A DNA stretch of 64,000 bases. Origin: an uncultured bacterium (GTDB taxonomy: Bacteria > Patescibacteriota > Doudnabacteria > UBA920). The notes beneath the pieces are model-generated. The model was not told the origin of the DNA, did not search any database, and saw nothing but the letters and a program-made list of their open reading frames with translations. Of this stretch, positions 18,296-27,906 are shown in pieces. Numbering within the stretch: position 1 is the first letter of the stretch; the number at the start of each line of letters is the position of its first letter. The position numbers were made by a program, and so were the translations under genes. The DNA is taken from NCBI GenBank assembly GCA_963749445.1, contig CAVVMJ010000006.1, positions 10,979-74,978 of the forward strand, given 5' to 3'.

Positions 18296-21200
18296 ATGGC
18301 AACACCCAAAACAAAATTTGCTTTGTTCACTTTCGTTATTGTGATGGGCTTGTTTTTATTTATTCCCTTTGCGTACGGTTGCACTGAAGGGGACAGTTGT
18401 ATCTATGCTAGCGACCCGCCGCCAGTAATGTATGGGATTTGTCTGTCAGGATCGTGCGTTTGGAACGGCCCCGCCCCAGCTCCTACTGGGGACGGTTGTC
18501 ACTCTGATGCAGATTGCCAAGCTTTGGATCCATATCCCGCATCTTGCTCCGACAGTTATTGCATGCCCCCTGATTGTCACTTTTATATAACAGGCGACTG
18601 CGGAGGGACTACTCCACCTCCTCCTTCCTGCACCGGCGATTCTGATTGCACCGGCGGCGCGCGTTGCCGAAACGGAGTTTGCACCACTGCTTGCACCATA
18701 GCCTGCAACAGCAATTCGGATTGCGGGACGGATGAGTGGTGCGACGTCCCGGGTTCTTGCGGTTCCTATTGCGTGTCTGATTTTACGCACAGCGTATGTG
18801 AAGGCTCTTCCTGTAGGACATATTCAGGCCCCGGCAGCCAAGACTGTAATTCCGAGGCCGACTGCGTCCCCACTCAAACCTGCGTCAACGACGGCATTTG
18901 CCACAGCGGGGAAACCTGCAGTCTTTGCCCCGTTGATTGCGGCGCCTGCATTGTTAACGGAGCCTGCCAAAATCCTCCCAACGGCAACATCTATGTTACG
19001 GCTCCGACCGGCACTTTATGCAGTAGCGGCATCGCTAGCCCTTCCACCCTTAGCGGCAGCGGCCCCTGGTCTTGGCAATGTACCAGCCCTAACGGTGGCA
19101 CCACTGCTTCCTGTTCCGCCTCCGTTCCCAATCAGCCCACGGCCCACATTACCGCTACCCCCGACTTCCTGCCAAGCCCAGGAGGCCCCACCCAACTTTA
19201 TGCGACTTTTACCAATGCCAATAATTGTTATGTGACTTCCAGCCCCACTGTGGACGCGGGGTTCTGGACAACGCTTGGGCCATACACATACAATCCTTAC
19301 ATAAACATCTCCGATGTAACCCAAACTACCGTTTTTACCGAAACCTGCACCTATAACAGCCCGGCTTATCCCTACTACATTCTTGGCCCCGTGACCAGTT
19401 CCGTGACGGTCAGTGTCGGTACAATCATTGGAACTTTAACCCCCTGCGAAACCGATATGTGTGCCATGACTTATTATGGCGACGGGACAAATCCGGCCAA
19501 CGCCACCTATCTTTACTATCCGTCCCATGATCAAATGATTTCCAGTTATTGTATTCCAGTATACGACAATTGCAGCAGCCCGGCTTACAACATCAACGGC
19601 ACGAATTATTGGATTAGGGAAGGCGGCAAAGACACATCAACCTGCTTAAATTTGCGAGCATCGCCTCCGGCCTGCGCTCCTGCCACCGCCAGTTTGACGG
19701 TTAACACGGCTTATGGTTCGGCCAGCAACAGCGGCAGCGTTTACACCCACGGCTACAACGACACCCCGACCCTGACCTGGTCATCCACCAACGCCAATTC
19801 TTGTACCTTAACCAGCAACAACAGTGACAGTAAAGCCGGCACCAACGGCACCAATGTGCCGGCCAATAGTTTAGGCAACGACAGCGGATCCGGACATGTT
19901 TGGACTTACACGCTAAGCTGCACCGGCAACGGCGGCAGCGGCAGCGCTTCCGTTAATGTTATTATCCCGCCCGCCCCGACTAACGTTATTATGATCACTC
20001 CCTCCGGATGCGGAACCAACGGCACCACTTTGGGTTTTCACTGGACCCTGCCGCTTGGCTACAGCACTTCTTATGTCAGGGTACACGACGACACCGCCGG
20101 CACCTATTTAGCTCTTAGTGATTCAACTTATGCCTCCACCAACTGGAGCGGCACCTCTGTTCCCGGACACACCTATTCCGACTGGTTCCACACCTCGGTT
20201 CCTTCCGGCGCCTACAGTATGGCAGCTTCCGGTCCGGCGGTTACCTGTAACAATCCTGGACCCAGTGTTACGCTTGCGGCCAATCCAAACCCCGTAAACT
20301 ACAACAGCCCGGCGACTTTAAGCTGGACTATATCTAACGCCACTGCCTGTACCGACGTCAACGGCAATATGCCGGCGGGCAACTGGAGCAGCGGCCAAAG
20401 CGGCAGCGCCTCTACCGGAAATTTGACGGCTTCCCAAACCGATGTGTTAACCTGCACCGGTCCCGGAGGCAGCGACACCAATGGCGTGGTGGTTAATGTT
20501 CTCCCTCCCGCCCCTACTCTTTCCGCCGCCACCTCCGGCGCCTGCGGCGGCAAGATCAGCGTATCCTGGAACAATGCTGCGGGCGCCACCAGCTATAACC
20601 TCTACCGCGACGGCTCTTCTATCAATTCCAACGCGACCAGTACTTATATAGATAGCGGTTTGGTTTTTGGTAGTTCCCACAACTACAAGGTGGTTGCCGT
20701 AAATTCCGCGGGCAATTCCCCTGATTCCAACACAGCCTCGGCCACCGCTTCGGCCGCCTGCGCGGTTAACAGCCCTCCGGTGGCCGTTGCCACCATTTCC
20801 AAAGACGGTTCAACTTACGCCAACAGCATTACTGTGGCTCAAGGCGTTTCAACCCACGTCTATTTGGCGGCCAGCAAAGGCGCGGGCAGTTCCGATCCCG
20901 ACGGCTGGGCCGATGCCAACTTTGGCGTCTCAAGCGGCGGCAAATGCGACTGGAACAGTGACCTTAACCAGGGCGCGCCGACTTACGAAACTACCGTTAA
21001 CAGCCCGGCCTCGGCCGCGGCTTGCGACATTGATTTGGGCAATAAAACCTTTAACGACACCGTTGGCACCTACACCTATTCCGTCCTGAGGATTACGGAC
21101 AAGCCGGGCGCGGTTTCCAACATCGCCACCGTGCAGGTGACGGTAGTCGCCGGCCCTCCGGGCGGCGGCGGCGGCGGTTCGTTGACCGCGACGGCAGGAG

Positions 21201-22393
21201 TTGCCATTTGTCCTAAAACAGGAATTAATCTTTACTGGCAGGCGGGCAGCGGCGCTACGACTTATAATGTTTATCGCAATACCGTAAACAACAGCCATAC
21301 TCCTGCCGACGTTCCGTCCGGCACGGCTCAAAAAATCGTTTCCGGCGTTCCTCAAGCGACCGTGGGTTCTCCGTATAACGATGTCATTACCACCGGCGGC
21401 CCTTACTACTATTGGGTGGAAAGCGTGGGCGGCGACGGCACGAGGGTTCCGGCCGACCAAAATACCGGTTCCCCGGCCGGCGTAATGCCCAATACCAGCT
21501 GTGCCACGGCTCCGAATCCGCCCACCGGCGGCGGCACCTGCAACTCCGATACCGGCACCATCTGCCCCGGCGGCGTGGGCAACCCGCCGGCTTGCCTCAA
21601 CTATGTCCGCCTGACTTGGACTGATAACTCCGACAACGAAACCGGCTTTAAGATTTATATGGACGGCATCTATCAGGTGACCGCCCCGGCCAGCAGCCCC
21701 GCCTCTTTAACCGGCGAAGAACTCTATTATGACTTCACGACTCCGGACAACAATATCCACAGCTATAGTATTGCGGCCACCAATGCTGTCGGCGATTCGG
21801 CCCACGTCCCGGAAACCAACACCATCGCTTCTTATGCCTGCGGGGCCAACCTCATCGGCTCGGACAAGGAAACCATCGCGGTCAATGGCGCTCTGGTGGA
21901 CAGCGCGAATATGGTCAGCAAAATGTGCAACGACGTCGGCAACCCCCTGCCCAGCTACGTTTCGCTCAAGTCCGGCGATATTCTGACTTTCTCGGTGGAT
22001 ATTTGCAACAAGGCCGGCACGAGCGACATGAAAAATATCAGCGTGGTTGACACCCTGGCTAACCTGCAAATCCCCGGCAGCGACTGGAAGATGTGTTACA
22101 GCACTACGCCGGATGTTCCCTGCGCCGGCAACACACTTAACCCCAGTCTGGCTGGCAGCCCGCCCAACCAGACGCTGACGGTTAATTTGACGGGCGTGAC
22201 CATTCCCGCCGGCCAGAACGGCTATCTGGTGTTTAACGCCATGATCCAGCCGGCCAGCTCCACCGGCTCAGCCAGCCGCCTGTTCCAGAATAGGGCTGTA
22301 ATAAGTTCCAACGCCGGTATCAAAAGTGTCTTCACGCCGCTGCAGCAGTTCCTAAACGGCAATAACGCGCCGATTATTCAGGAACGGCCGTAA
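18296..22393 (+). CDS. Large secreted Cys-rich surface protein (Cys repeats, Ig/FN3 modules, DUF11-like C-terminus)
   Basis: Signal peptide; CxxDxDC repeats; TLxWSSxNAxSC..YTLxCxG; WTDNSDNETGF; GDILTFSV..VVDTL. Confidence 0.8.
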   Translation: MATPKTKFALFTFVIVMGLFLFIPFAYGCTEGDSCIYASDPPPVMYGICLSGSCVWNGPAPAPTGDGCHSDADCQALDPYPASCSDSYCMPPDCHFYITGDCGGTTPPPPSCTGDSDCTGGARCRNGVCTTACTIACNSNSDCGTDEWCDVPGSCGSYCVSDFTHSVCEGSSCRTYSGPGSQDCNSEADCVPTQTCVNDGICHSGETCSLCPVDCGACIVNGACQNPPNGNIYVTAPTGTLCSSGIASPSTLSGSGPWSWQCTSPNGGTTASCSASVPNQPTAHITATPDFLPSPGGPTQLYATFTNANNCYVTSSPTVDAGFWTTLGPYTYNPYINISDVTQTTVFTETCTYNSPAYPYYILGPVTSSVTVSVGTIIGTLTPCETDMCAMTYYGDGTNPANATYLYYPSHDQMISSYCIPVYDNCSSPAYNINGTNYWIREGGKDTSTCLNLRASPPACAPATASLTVNTAYGSASNSGSVYTHGYNDTPTLTWSSTNANSCTLTSNNSDSKAGTNGTNVPANSLGNDSGSGHVWTYTLSCTGNGGSGSASVNVIIPPAPTNVIMITPSGCGTNGTTLGFHWTLPLGYSTSYVRVHDDTAGTYLALSDSTYASTNWSGTSVPGHTYSDWFHTSVPSGAYSMAASGPAVTCNNPGPSVTLAANPNPVNYNSPATLSWTISNATACTDVNGNMPAGNWSSGQSGSASTGNLTASQTDVLTCTGPGGSDTNGVVVNVLPPAPTLSAATSGACGGKISVSWNNAAGATSYNLYRDGSSINSNATSTYIDSGLVFGSSHNYKVVAVNSAGNSPDSNTASATASAACAVNSPPVAVATISKDGSTYANSITVAQGVSTHVYLAASKGAGSSDPDGWADANFGVSSGGKCDWNSDLNQGAPTYETTVNSPASAAACDIDLGNKTFNDTVGTYTYSVLRITDKPGAVSNIATVQVTVVAGPPGGGGGGSLTATAGVAICPKTGINLYWQAGSGATTYNVYRNTVNNSHTPADVPSGTAQKIVSGVPQATVGSPYNDVITTGGPYYYWVESVGGDGTRVPADQNTGSPAGVMPNTSCATAPNPPTGGGTCNSDTGTICPGGVGNPPACLNYVRLTWTDNSDNETGFKIYMDGIYQVTAPASSPASLTGEELYYDFTTPDNNIHSYSIAATNAVGDSAHVPETNTIASYACGANLIGSDKETIAVNGALVDSANMVSKMCNDVGNPLPSYVSLKSGDILTFSVDICNKAGTSDMKNISVVDTLANLQIPGSDWKMCYSTTPDVPCAGNTLNPSLAGSPPNQTLTVNLTGVTIPAGQNGYLVFNAMIQPASSTGSASRLFQNRAVISSNAGIKSVFTPLQQFLNGNNAPIIQERP

Positions 22394-22489
22394 AATAATT
22401 GACATAATTTAAAAGATTGACATAATTGACAAGAATGTCGGCAAAGGCGGATTCGCCTTATCGTTAAAATAATCAATGACTAAAAGATT

Positions 22490-22996
22490 ATGCACAGAAA
22501 CAAAATTATGATCAAAAAATATTGGGCGCCCCTGCTAATTCTGGTTTTGCTGGTTATTATCACAGTCGCGGCCAAAGTCCTGCCCAAGCGGCAAGCTGTG
22601 CCCAATTCTGCTTCCAAGCCTTCGGCCAGTTCTCAAGCCCAAACCCCTCCCCCGATGCCCCAGGTGGCGGCTGTGCCTCCGGCCAAGGTGCCGCCGGGCC
22701 TGCCTGCCAACCTGCCCTGGGAAAAAGGCGCCACTATCCTTCAGAACTTCACGGCCAAAGACCCTGTCTCCGGCAAAACCCAGTCCACGCGGGAGTACGT
22801 TAGCGCCAAGAGCCTGGATGACAATTTTAGCGTTTACCAAAAGTATCTAAAGGATAACGGCTGGACCGTGGTCTCCGGCATTAGCCAGCCCACCATCAAG
22901 AACCTTTCCGCCGCCAAAGCCGGTGCCCGCCTGGACGTGACCATATCCAAAACCCCGGACAACAAAGTTACGGTCATTGTCAGCTACGTGGATTAA
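22490..22996 (+). CDS. Membrane-anchored hypothetical protein
   Basis: N-terminal TM; PPGLPANLP; YQKYLKDNGW. Confidence 0.7.
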   Translation: MHRNKIMIKKYWAPLLILVLLVIITVAAKVLPKRQAVPNSASKPSASSQAQTPPPMPQVAAVPPAKVPPGLPANLPWEKGATILQNFTAKDPVSGKTQSTREYVSAKSLDDNFSVYQKYLKDNGWTVVSGISQPTIKNLSAAKAGARLDVTISKTPDNKVTVIVSYVD

Positions 22997-23002
22997 CGAA
23001 AA

Positions 23003-23037
23003 TTAAAATCCCTCGGAGAAATCCGAGGGATTTTAAA
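23003..23037. terminator. Bidirectional terminator between convergent genes
   Basis: TTAAAATCCCTCGGA-GAAA-TCCGAGGGATTTTAA. Confidence 0.8.
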
Positions 23038-23045
23038 ATATTTGT

Positions 23046-23366
23046 TTATAAGATAGTATTCAACTGCGCGACTATCGTCGCTTTGGGAGCCGCGCCGATA
23101 AGTTCGCTCACCAGTTTCCCGTTTTTGAAAAATTTCAGCGTCGGAATGCTCATCACGTTGTACTTCATCGCGAGATTATTGTTCTCATCCACGTTGACCT
23201 TGCCGACTTTGAGCTTGCCCGCGTATTCTTTGGCCAATTCTTCCACCAGCGGGCTCAAAACCTTGCACGGGCCGCACCAGACCGCCCAAAAATCCACCAG
23301 CACCGGCAAATCGGAAGCCAAAACTTCTTTGTCAAAATTTTTTTCGTTTAGCACAACTTCGGACAT
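23046..23366 (-). CDS. trxA: Thioredoxin
   Basis: VLVDFWAVWCGPCK; MSIPTL; start taken at MSEVVL. Confidence 0.95.
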   Translation of the reverse strand: MSEVVLNEKNFDKEVLASDLPVLVDFWAVWCGPCKVLSPLVEELAKEYAGKLKVGKVNVDENNNLAMKYNVMSIPTLKFFKNGKLVSELIGAAPKATIVAQLNTIL

Positions 23367-23619
23367 AAGTTTTTTTGTTACTTTTAAAGTGATACTAATA
23401 TACCCGTCTCGGTTGAAGGCACAAACCGAGGTCGGACGAATGGCATAGTAATGATACGAATTCGTGTCATTCGCGAGTATTCGTGAATTAGCGTCGCCAT
23501 TAAATCTTATCCACAATCGGAATCTTTGTCAACCCGGAAACCCAACATTTAATATGATATAATTATAAGGGAAATTAACTTTTATCCATAGCAAAATTTA
23601 TCGAAAAACCAAAACCCAG

Positions 23620-24603
23620 TTGTTTGAATTTTTAAAACACAAGCAAACCGCAATAGGCTACGGGATGTTGCTGCCGGCGTTTTTGGTCTTGGTGCAAGCC
23701 GCCGCGTATGTGTATTTTCCGCCCGTGCCGGCAAACGGCAGCGGCCGGCCTATCGCGGCTGACAAAGTTCCGCCAAACGGAACAGTCCTGGGCGCCAGTA
23801 CCGATCTTCGTAGCCGGGCGCCGGCCGCGGCCATGCCCACGCCGCCGGTTTTGAGCGTAGATGAACTGGCCCGCATCTCGGCTAAAAGTTTTTTAGTTTA
23901 CGACAAATCCGGCGGCGGCCAAATTCTGGCTGAGCGCCAAGGCCATCTTAAACTCGGCATCGCCAGCCTGACTAAATTGATGACCGGCCTTTTAGCCTAT
24001 GAATACTTGGATTTTGCCAAGCCTATCGCCATTGATAAAACAGGTTTGACGGCAGTCCGCCCCATAGTCAATTTTTCAGCAGGCGATGAAGTTTTGGCTG
24101 GGGATGTTTTTGATGCCATGATTGTGGGCTCGTGCAACGACGCGGCGCAGGTTTTGGCGCGGGCCGTGGAAAACGCCAGCGACAAAAAAATCGTTGACTT
24201 AATGAACCAAAAAGCCCAAGACCTGGGCATGATTGATACCAGTTTTGCCAATCCGGTGGGATTTGACAACGTCGGCAATTATTCCACGGCGACTGATTTG
24301 GAAAAGCTGATAACTGAAACCCAAACCTTGGCCGCGTTTGCCAACTTGGGCAAAACCGCGGCTGTGGATTTTTCCGGCTCGGCGGGAATTAATTATGAGG
24401 TGCCTGCCACCAATACGCTGCTGAAGCACCATTCGGATTTATTGGCGATCAAAACCGGGTTTACGGCGGGCTCGCAAGGCGCCATGGCCACCAAGGTGCT
24501 GGAAAACAATCACGAGATCATTATTTTAGTCCTGGGCAGTGCTGACCGCGAACAGGACACACTGACTTTAAAGCAGCTGGTTGCCGACCGGCTTTCGTGG
24601 TAA
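23620..24603 (+). CDS. D-alanyl-D-alanine carboxypeptidase (peptidase S11)
   Basis: ASLTK (SxxK), SCN (SxN), KTG. Confidence 0.9.
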   Translation: MFEFLKHKQTAIGYGMLLPAFLVLVQAAAYVYFPPVPANGSGRPIAADKVPPNGTVLGASTDLRSRAPAAAMPTPPVLSVDELARISAKSFLVYDKSGGGQILAERQGHLKLGIASLTKLMTGLLAYEYLDFAKPIAIDKTGLTAVRPIVNFSAGDEVLAGDVFDAMIVGSCNDAAQVLARAVENASDKKIVDLMNQKAQDLGMIDTSFANPVGFDNVGNYSTATDLEKLITETQTLAAFANLGKTAAVDFSGSAGINYEVPATNTLLKHHSDLLAIKTGFTAGSQGAMATKVLENNHEIIILVLGSADREQDTLTLKQLVADRLSW

Positions 24604-24620
24604 ATCAAAGCCGTTTAAAA

Positions 24621-24720
24621 TTGATGGGCATCTTCCAGCGGCTGTAAAAGTTAGCTGACATTCATAGGCAAACTGGCTCGTTACCGCCGGCTATAATCCG
24701 ATCCCGAAGATGCCCATCAA
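24621..24720. mobile_element. 100-bp MITE-like element; sister at 39588-39687
   Basis: TIR TTGATGGGCATCTTC/GAAGATGCCCATCAA. Confidence 0.65.
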
Positions 24721-24779
24721 TCAATTCGCCAAATTTTAAAAAATTTGGCATATATCCATATTTGTGGTAAAATTTGATT

Positions 24780-25817
24780 ATGGCGTTTTCCCAGCTGACC
24801 AAAATTTTCATTCTGGTTTCCCTGGCGTTCATTACCGCTTTGGCTTTTACCCCAATATTGCTGGAGTTTTTGAGCCGCTACAAACTGGGCAAACAAATTC
24901 GCGACGACGGCGACACGCCGCTGTATTCTAAAATGCACGCGGCCAAAGCCGGCACTCCGAGCATGGGCGGCATTCTGGTCTGGGGGACGCTGGCCGTGTT
25001 ATTCGGGTTGTTCTGGTTTTTGAACCGGGTCGCGCATATCCCGTTCTTTTCCAACCTGGATTTTTACTCGCGGCGCGAAACTTTGCTGCCTTTTGGGGCG
25101 CTACTCGGCGCTTCCATCGTCGGTTTAATTGATGATTGGCTGGACATTAAACAGCTCGGCCACAAAGGGCGGGGGTTCCGTTTTAGGTTTAAATTTATTT
25201 TATACGCATTAGTCGCGATCATTGGCGCCTGGTGGTTTTATTTCAAACTCGGTTTTGCCGACGTCCACGTACCTTTTTACGGGGCATGGCATATGGGAAT
25301 CTGGTTTTTGCCGTTTTTCGTGCTCGCCGTGGTTTCCACGAGTTTCGCGGTAAACGAGGCCGACGGCCTGGACGGGCTGGCCGGCGGGACATTGCTGTTG
25401 GCATTTTTTGCCTATGGGTTAATCGCTTTTTTACAGGGCAAGCACGATCTGGCGGCTTTTTTGGCGGCCATTTGCGGCGCGCTGCTGGCATTTTTGTGGT
25501 TTAACGTGCACCCGGCCAAATTTATTATGGGCGATACCGGTTCCATGGGCCTGGGCGTGCTGCTGGCCGTGGTAGCTTTTTTAACGAATTCCATTTTTTT
25601 GCTGGCTTTAATCGGGTTTATTTTTTTGCTGGAGGCGGTGTCGGTGATTTTACAATTATTCTGGAAAAGATATTTTAAAAAGAAATTATTTTTGTCCGCG
25701 CCTGTCCACCACCATTTGCAGGCGCTCGGCTGGCCGGAATCGCAAATCACCATGCGCTTTTGGATTATTTCCGCGGTGATGTGTATTCTTGGAGTGGTTG
25801 TATACTTCATTGGTTAA
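24780..25817 (+). CDS. mraY: Phospho-N-acetylmuramoyl-pentapeptide transferase
   Basis: KAGTPSMGG; GLIDD; NEADGLDGLA; IMGDTGS; APVHHH. Confidence 0.95.
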   Translation: MAFSQLTKIFILVSLAFITALAFTPILLEFLSRYKLGKQIRDDGDTPLYSKMHAAKAGTPSMGGILVWGTLAVLFGLFWFLNRVAHIPFFSNLDFYSRRETLLPFGALLGASIVGLIDDWLDIKQLGHKGRGFRFRFKFILYALVAIIGAWWFYFKLGFADVHVPFYGAWHMGIWFLPFFVLAVVSTSFAVNEADGLDGLAGGTLLLAFFAYGLIAFLQGKHDLAAFLAAICGALLAFLWFNVHPAKFIMGDTGSMGLGVLLAVVAFLTNSIFLLALIGFIFLLEAVSVILQLFWKRYFKKKLFLSAPVHHHLQALGWPESQITMRFWIISAVMCILGVVVYFIG

Positions 25818-25852
25818 AGATATACGGTTGAAATAAAATAGAAATAAATTGT

Positions 25853-26236
25853 ATGCAGGAAAGCCCTTATATCAACCTTTATGAACTTGAGGTTTATAAG
25901 ATGTCCCGTGAGCTATCAAAGCTTGCATGGGAAATGTACGAACCATTGGACTGGAGGCTGAAAAAAATCAACGGCGACCAATTTATTGAGTCAACCGATT
26001 CCACCGGAGCCAATATAGCCGAAGGCTACGGACGATTCCACTATTTAGACCGGATTAAATTCTATTATAATTCCCGTGCTTCCTTGTTTGAATGCTGGCT
26101 ACATTGGTTAGATTTAATGGAAGAAAGAAGCATGGTTGATAAGGACAAGGCGGCCAAATTCAGGGAAATAGCCAAACAATTTTCTATCAAACTTAACAAC
26201 TTTATAACCGTAACGTATAAGAACCGCGACAAGTAG
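25853..26236 (+). CDS. Four-helix-bundle protein (23S rRNA IVS/Avd-like family)
   Basis: LEVYK; QFIESTDSTGANIAEGYGR; SRASLFE. Confidence 0.85.
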   Translation: MQESPYINLYELEVYKMSRELSKLAWEMYEPLDWRLKKINGDQFIESTDSTGANIAEGYGRFHYLDRIKFYYNSRASLFECWLHWLDLMEERSMVDKDKAAKFREIAKQFSIKLNNFITVTYKNRDK

Positions 26237-26284
26237 CGCAATTTTATTTCTACATATTTCTACTATTTCTATCGTATTTCTTTT

Positions 26285-27850
26285 ATGTACTCGCTACTCA
26301 TCAAGAACTCAAAACTGATTGACGGCATATCGGATAACCCGATAGTTGCCGACGTCGCCGTGCAGGGCGACGAGATTGTCAACATTGCGCCAAAAATTAA
26401 TATGCCGGCGGAAACCGTTTTGGACGCCTCGGGAAAAATTTTGGCTCCCGGCTTTATTGATTTGCAAAACCACAGCGACAGCTACTGGCAAATTTTTGAC
26501 AATCCCTCTTTGGACAGTTTAATCAGCCAAGGCTACACTACCATATTACTCGGCAACTGCGGGGCCAGTTTGGCGCCTCTTTTGAGCCCCGAGTCCCTTA
26601 AATCCATCCAAAAATGGCATAATTTGGAAGCGACCAACGTTAACTGGCAATCGTTTTCCGAATACATAGAGGAAATGTCCAAACAGCGCCTCGGCTGCAA
26701 CGTCGCCAGCCTGGTCGGCTATTCCACTTTGCGGCGCGGCCTGGTCGGCGACCAAATCCGGGGACTTACGCCCCAAGAGCTTAACGCGCTCAAACGCATT
26801 CTCAAAGAAAGCCTGGAAGCCGGGGCGTTCGGTTTGTCCAGCGGGCTGTCTTACGCGCACGAAATCATTATTTCGGAACTGGAACTTTTTGAGTTGGCCA
26901 AAATCGTCAAGCAGGACAAGGCTATGTTCTCCGTGCATTTGCGCAACGAAAGCGGGGAAGTCGTGGAAGCTTTGGATGAAGTTTTAGACATTGCGGCCAA
27001 TACCGGAGTCAATTTAAAAATTTCCCACTTTAAAGTCCGCGGCCGGGACCACTGGTCCAAATTGCCCGAAGCTTTAAATAAATTGGAAAGCGCCTACCAC
27101 CGCGGGACCAACGTGCATTTTGACGTTTATCCTTACGACACGGTCTGGCAGGTCTTGTACAGCTATTTACCCAAGTGGGCCGTGGAAGGCGGAAGAATCC
27201 TAATGCTTAAACATTTTGCCGACCCCACCCAAAAGAATAAAGTTTTGACGTACTTGAACAACAGCAACAACAAATTTCCGGCCATGATGGTGGCCTCCAC
27301 TTCCAACAAACTCAATTTTGCCGGCAAAACCATTGGCCAAATTGCCAAGAACATGGAATGCTCCAGCGAACAGGCGGTGCTGAACATCATTGAAAACGGC
27401 GGCAGCGAAGTTATGGTGTTTGATAAAAATTTGGATATGGACCAAGTCAACCAATTAGCCGCTCATCCATTGTCTTTTATCGGCACGGACGGCGCGGGTT
27501 TTGGACTTGATGTTAAGCACCGCCTGGTGCACCCGCGCTGTTTCGGCAGCGCCACCAAATTTTTGAAGCAGATGATAAATGGCGGCGGCTTGAGTTTGCC
27601 GCAGGCGATTAAAAAACTCACCTCCGGTCCGGCCAAAAAAGTCGGCTTTAAAAAACGCGGGGAAATTAAAACCGGGAGCTTTGCCGATTTGGTAATTTTT
27701 GATGAAAACGTTATCGCCGACAAAGCGACTTACGAAAATCCCTACCAATTTTCCAGTGGCATTGAACACGTCTTCGTCAACGGCAAGGAAGTTTTTACTA
27801 ACGGCCAACCGACCGGCAAGCTGCCGGGGTATGTGCTGAGAAAAAACTGA
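26285..27850 (+). CDS. N-acyl-D-amino-acid deacylase-like amidohydrolase
   Basis: APGFIDLQNHSD; GNCG; GLSSGLSY; HPRCFG; ADLVIFD; HVFVNG. Confidence 0.85.
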   Translation: MYSLLIKNSKLIDGISDNPIVADVAVQGDEIVNIAPKINMPAETVLDASGKILAPGFIDLQNHSDSYWQIFDNPSLDSLISQGYTTILLGNCGASLAPLLSPESLKSIQKWHNLEATNVNWQSFSEYIEEMSKQRLGCNVASLVGYSTLRRGLVGDQIRGLTPQELNALKRILKESLEAGAFGLSSGLSYAHEIIISELELFELAKIVKQDKAMFSVHLRNESGEVVEALDEVLDIAANTGVNLKISHFKVRGRDHWSKLPEALNKLESAYHRGTNVHFDVYPYDTVWQVLYSYLPKWAVEGGRILMLKHFADPTQKNKVLTYLNNSNNKFPAMMVASTSNKLNFAGKTIGQIAKNMECSSEQAVLNIIENGGSEVMVFDKNLDMDQVNQLAAHPLSFIGTDGAGFGLDVKHRLVHPRCFGSATKFLKQMINGGGLSLPQAIKKLTSGPAKKVGFKKRGEIKTGSFADLVIFDENVIADKATYENPYQFSSGIEHVFVNGKEVFTNGQPTGKLPGYVLRKN

Positions 27851-27906
27851 TTTTTTATATCAGATGTCCATTTCTCTGCAAAGCCGATTGATTAAAGTTT
27901 TATTCG

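Noticed and set aside
23367-23516. N-terminal extension of thioredoxin, and similar extensions of ORFs at 40593, 47398, 49416, 52993 and 58334
   Set aside because: Extensions run through repeats, promoters or upstream genes; downstream ATGs fit the families better.
25853-26236. Diversity-generating retroelement suggested by the Avd-like protein
   Set aside because: No reverse transcriptase and no template/variable repeat pair noticed in the window.
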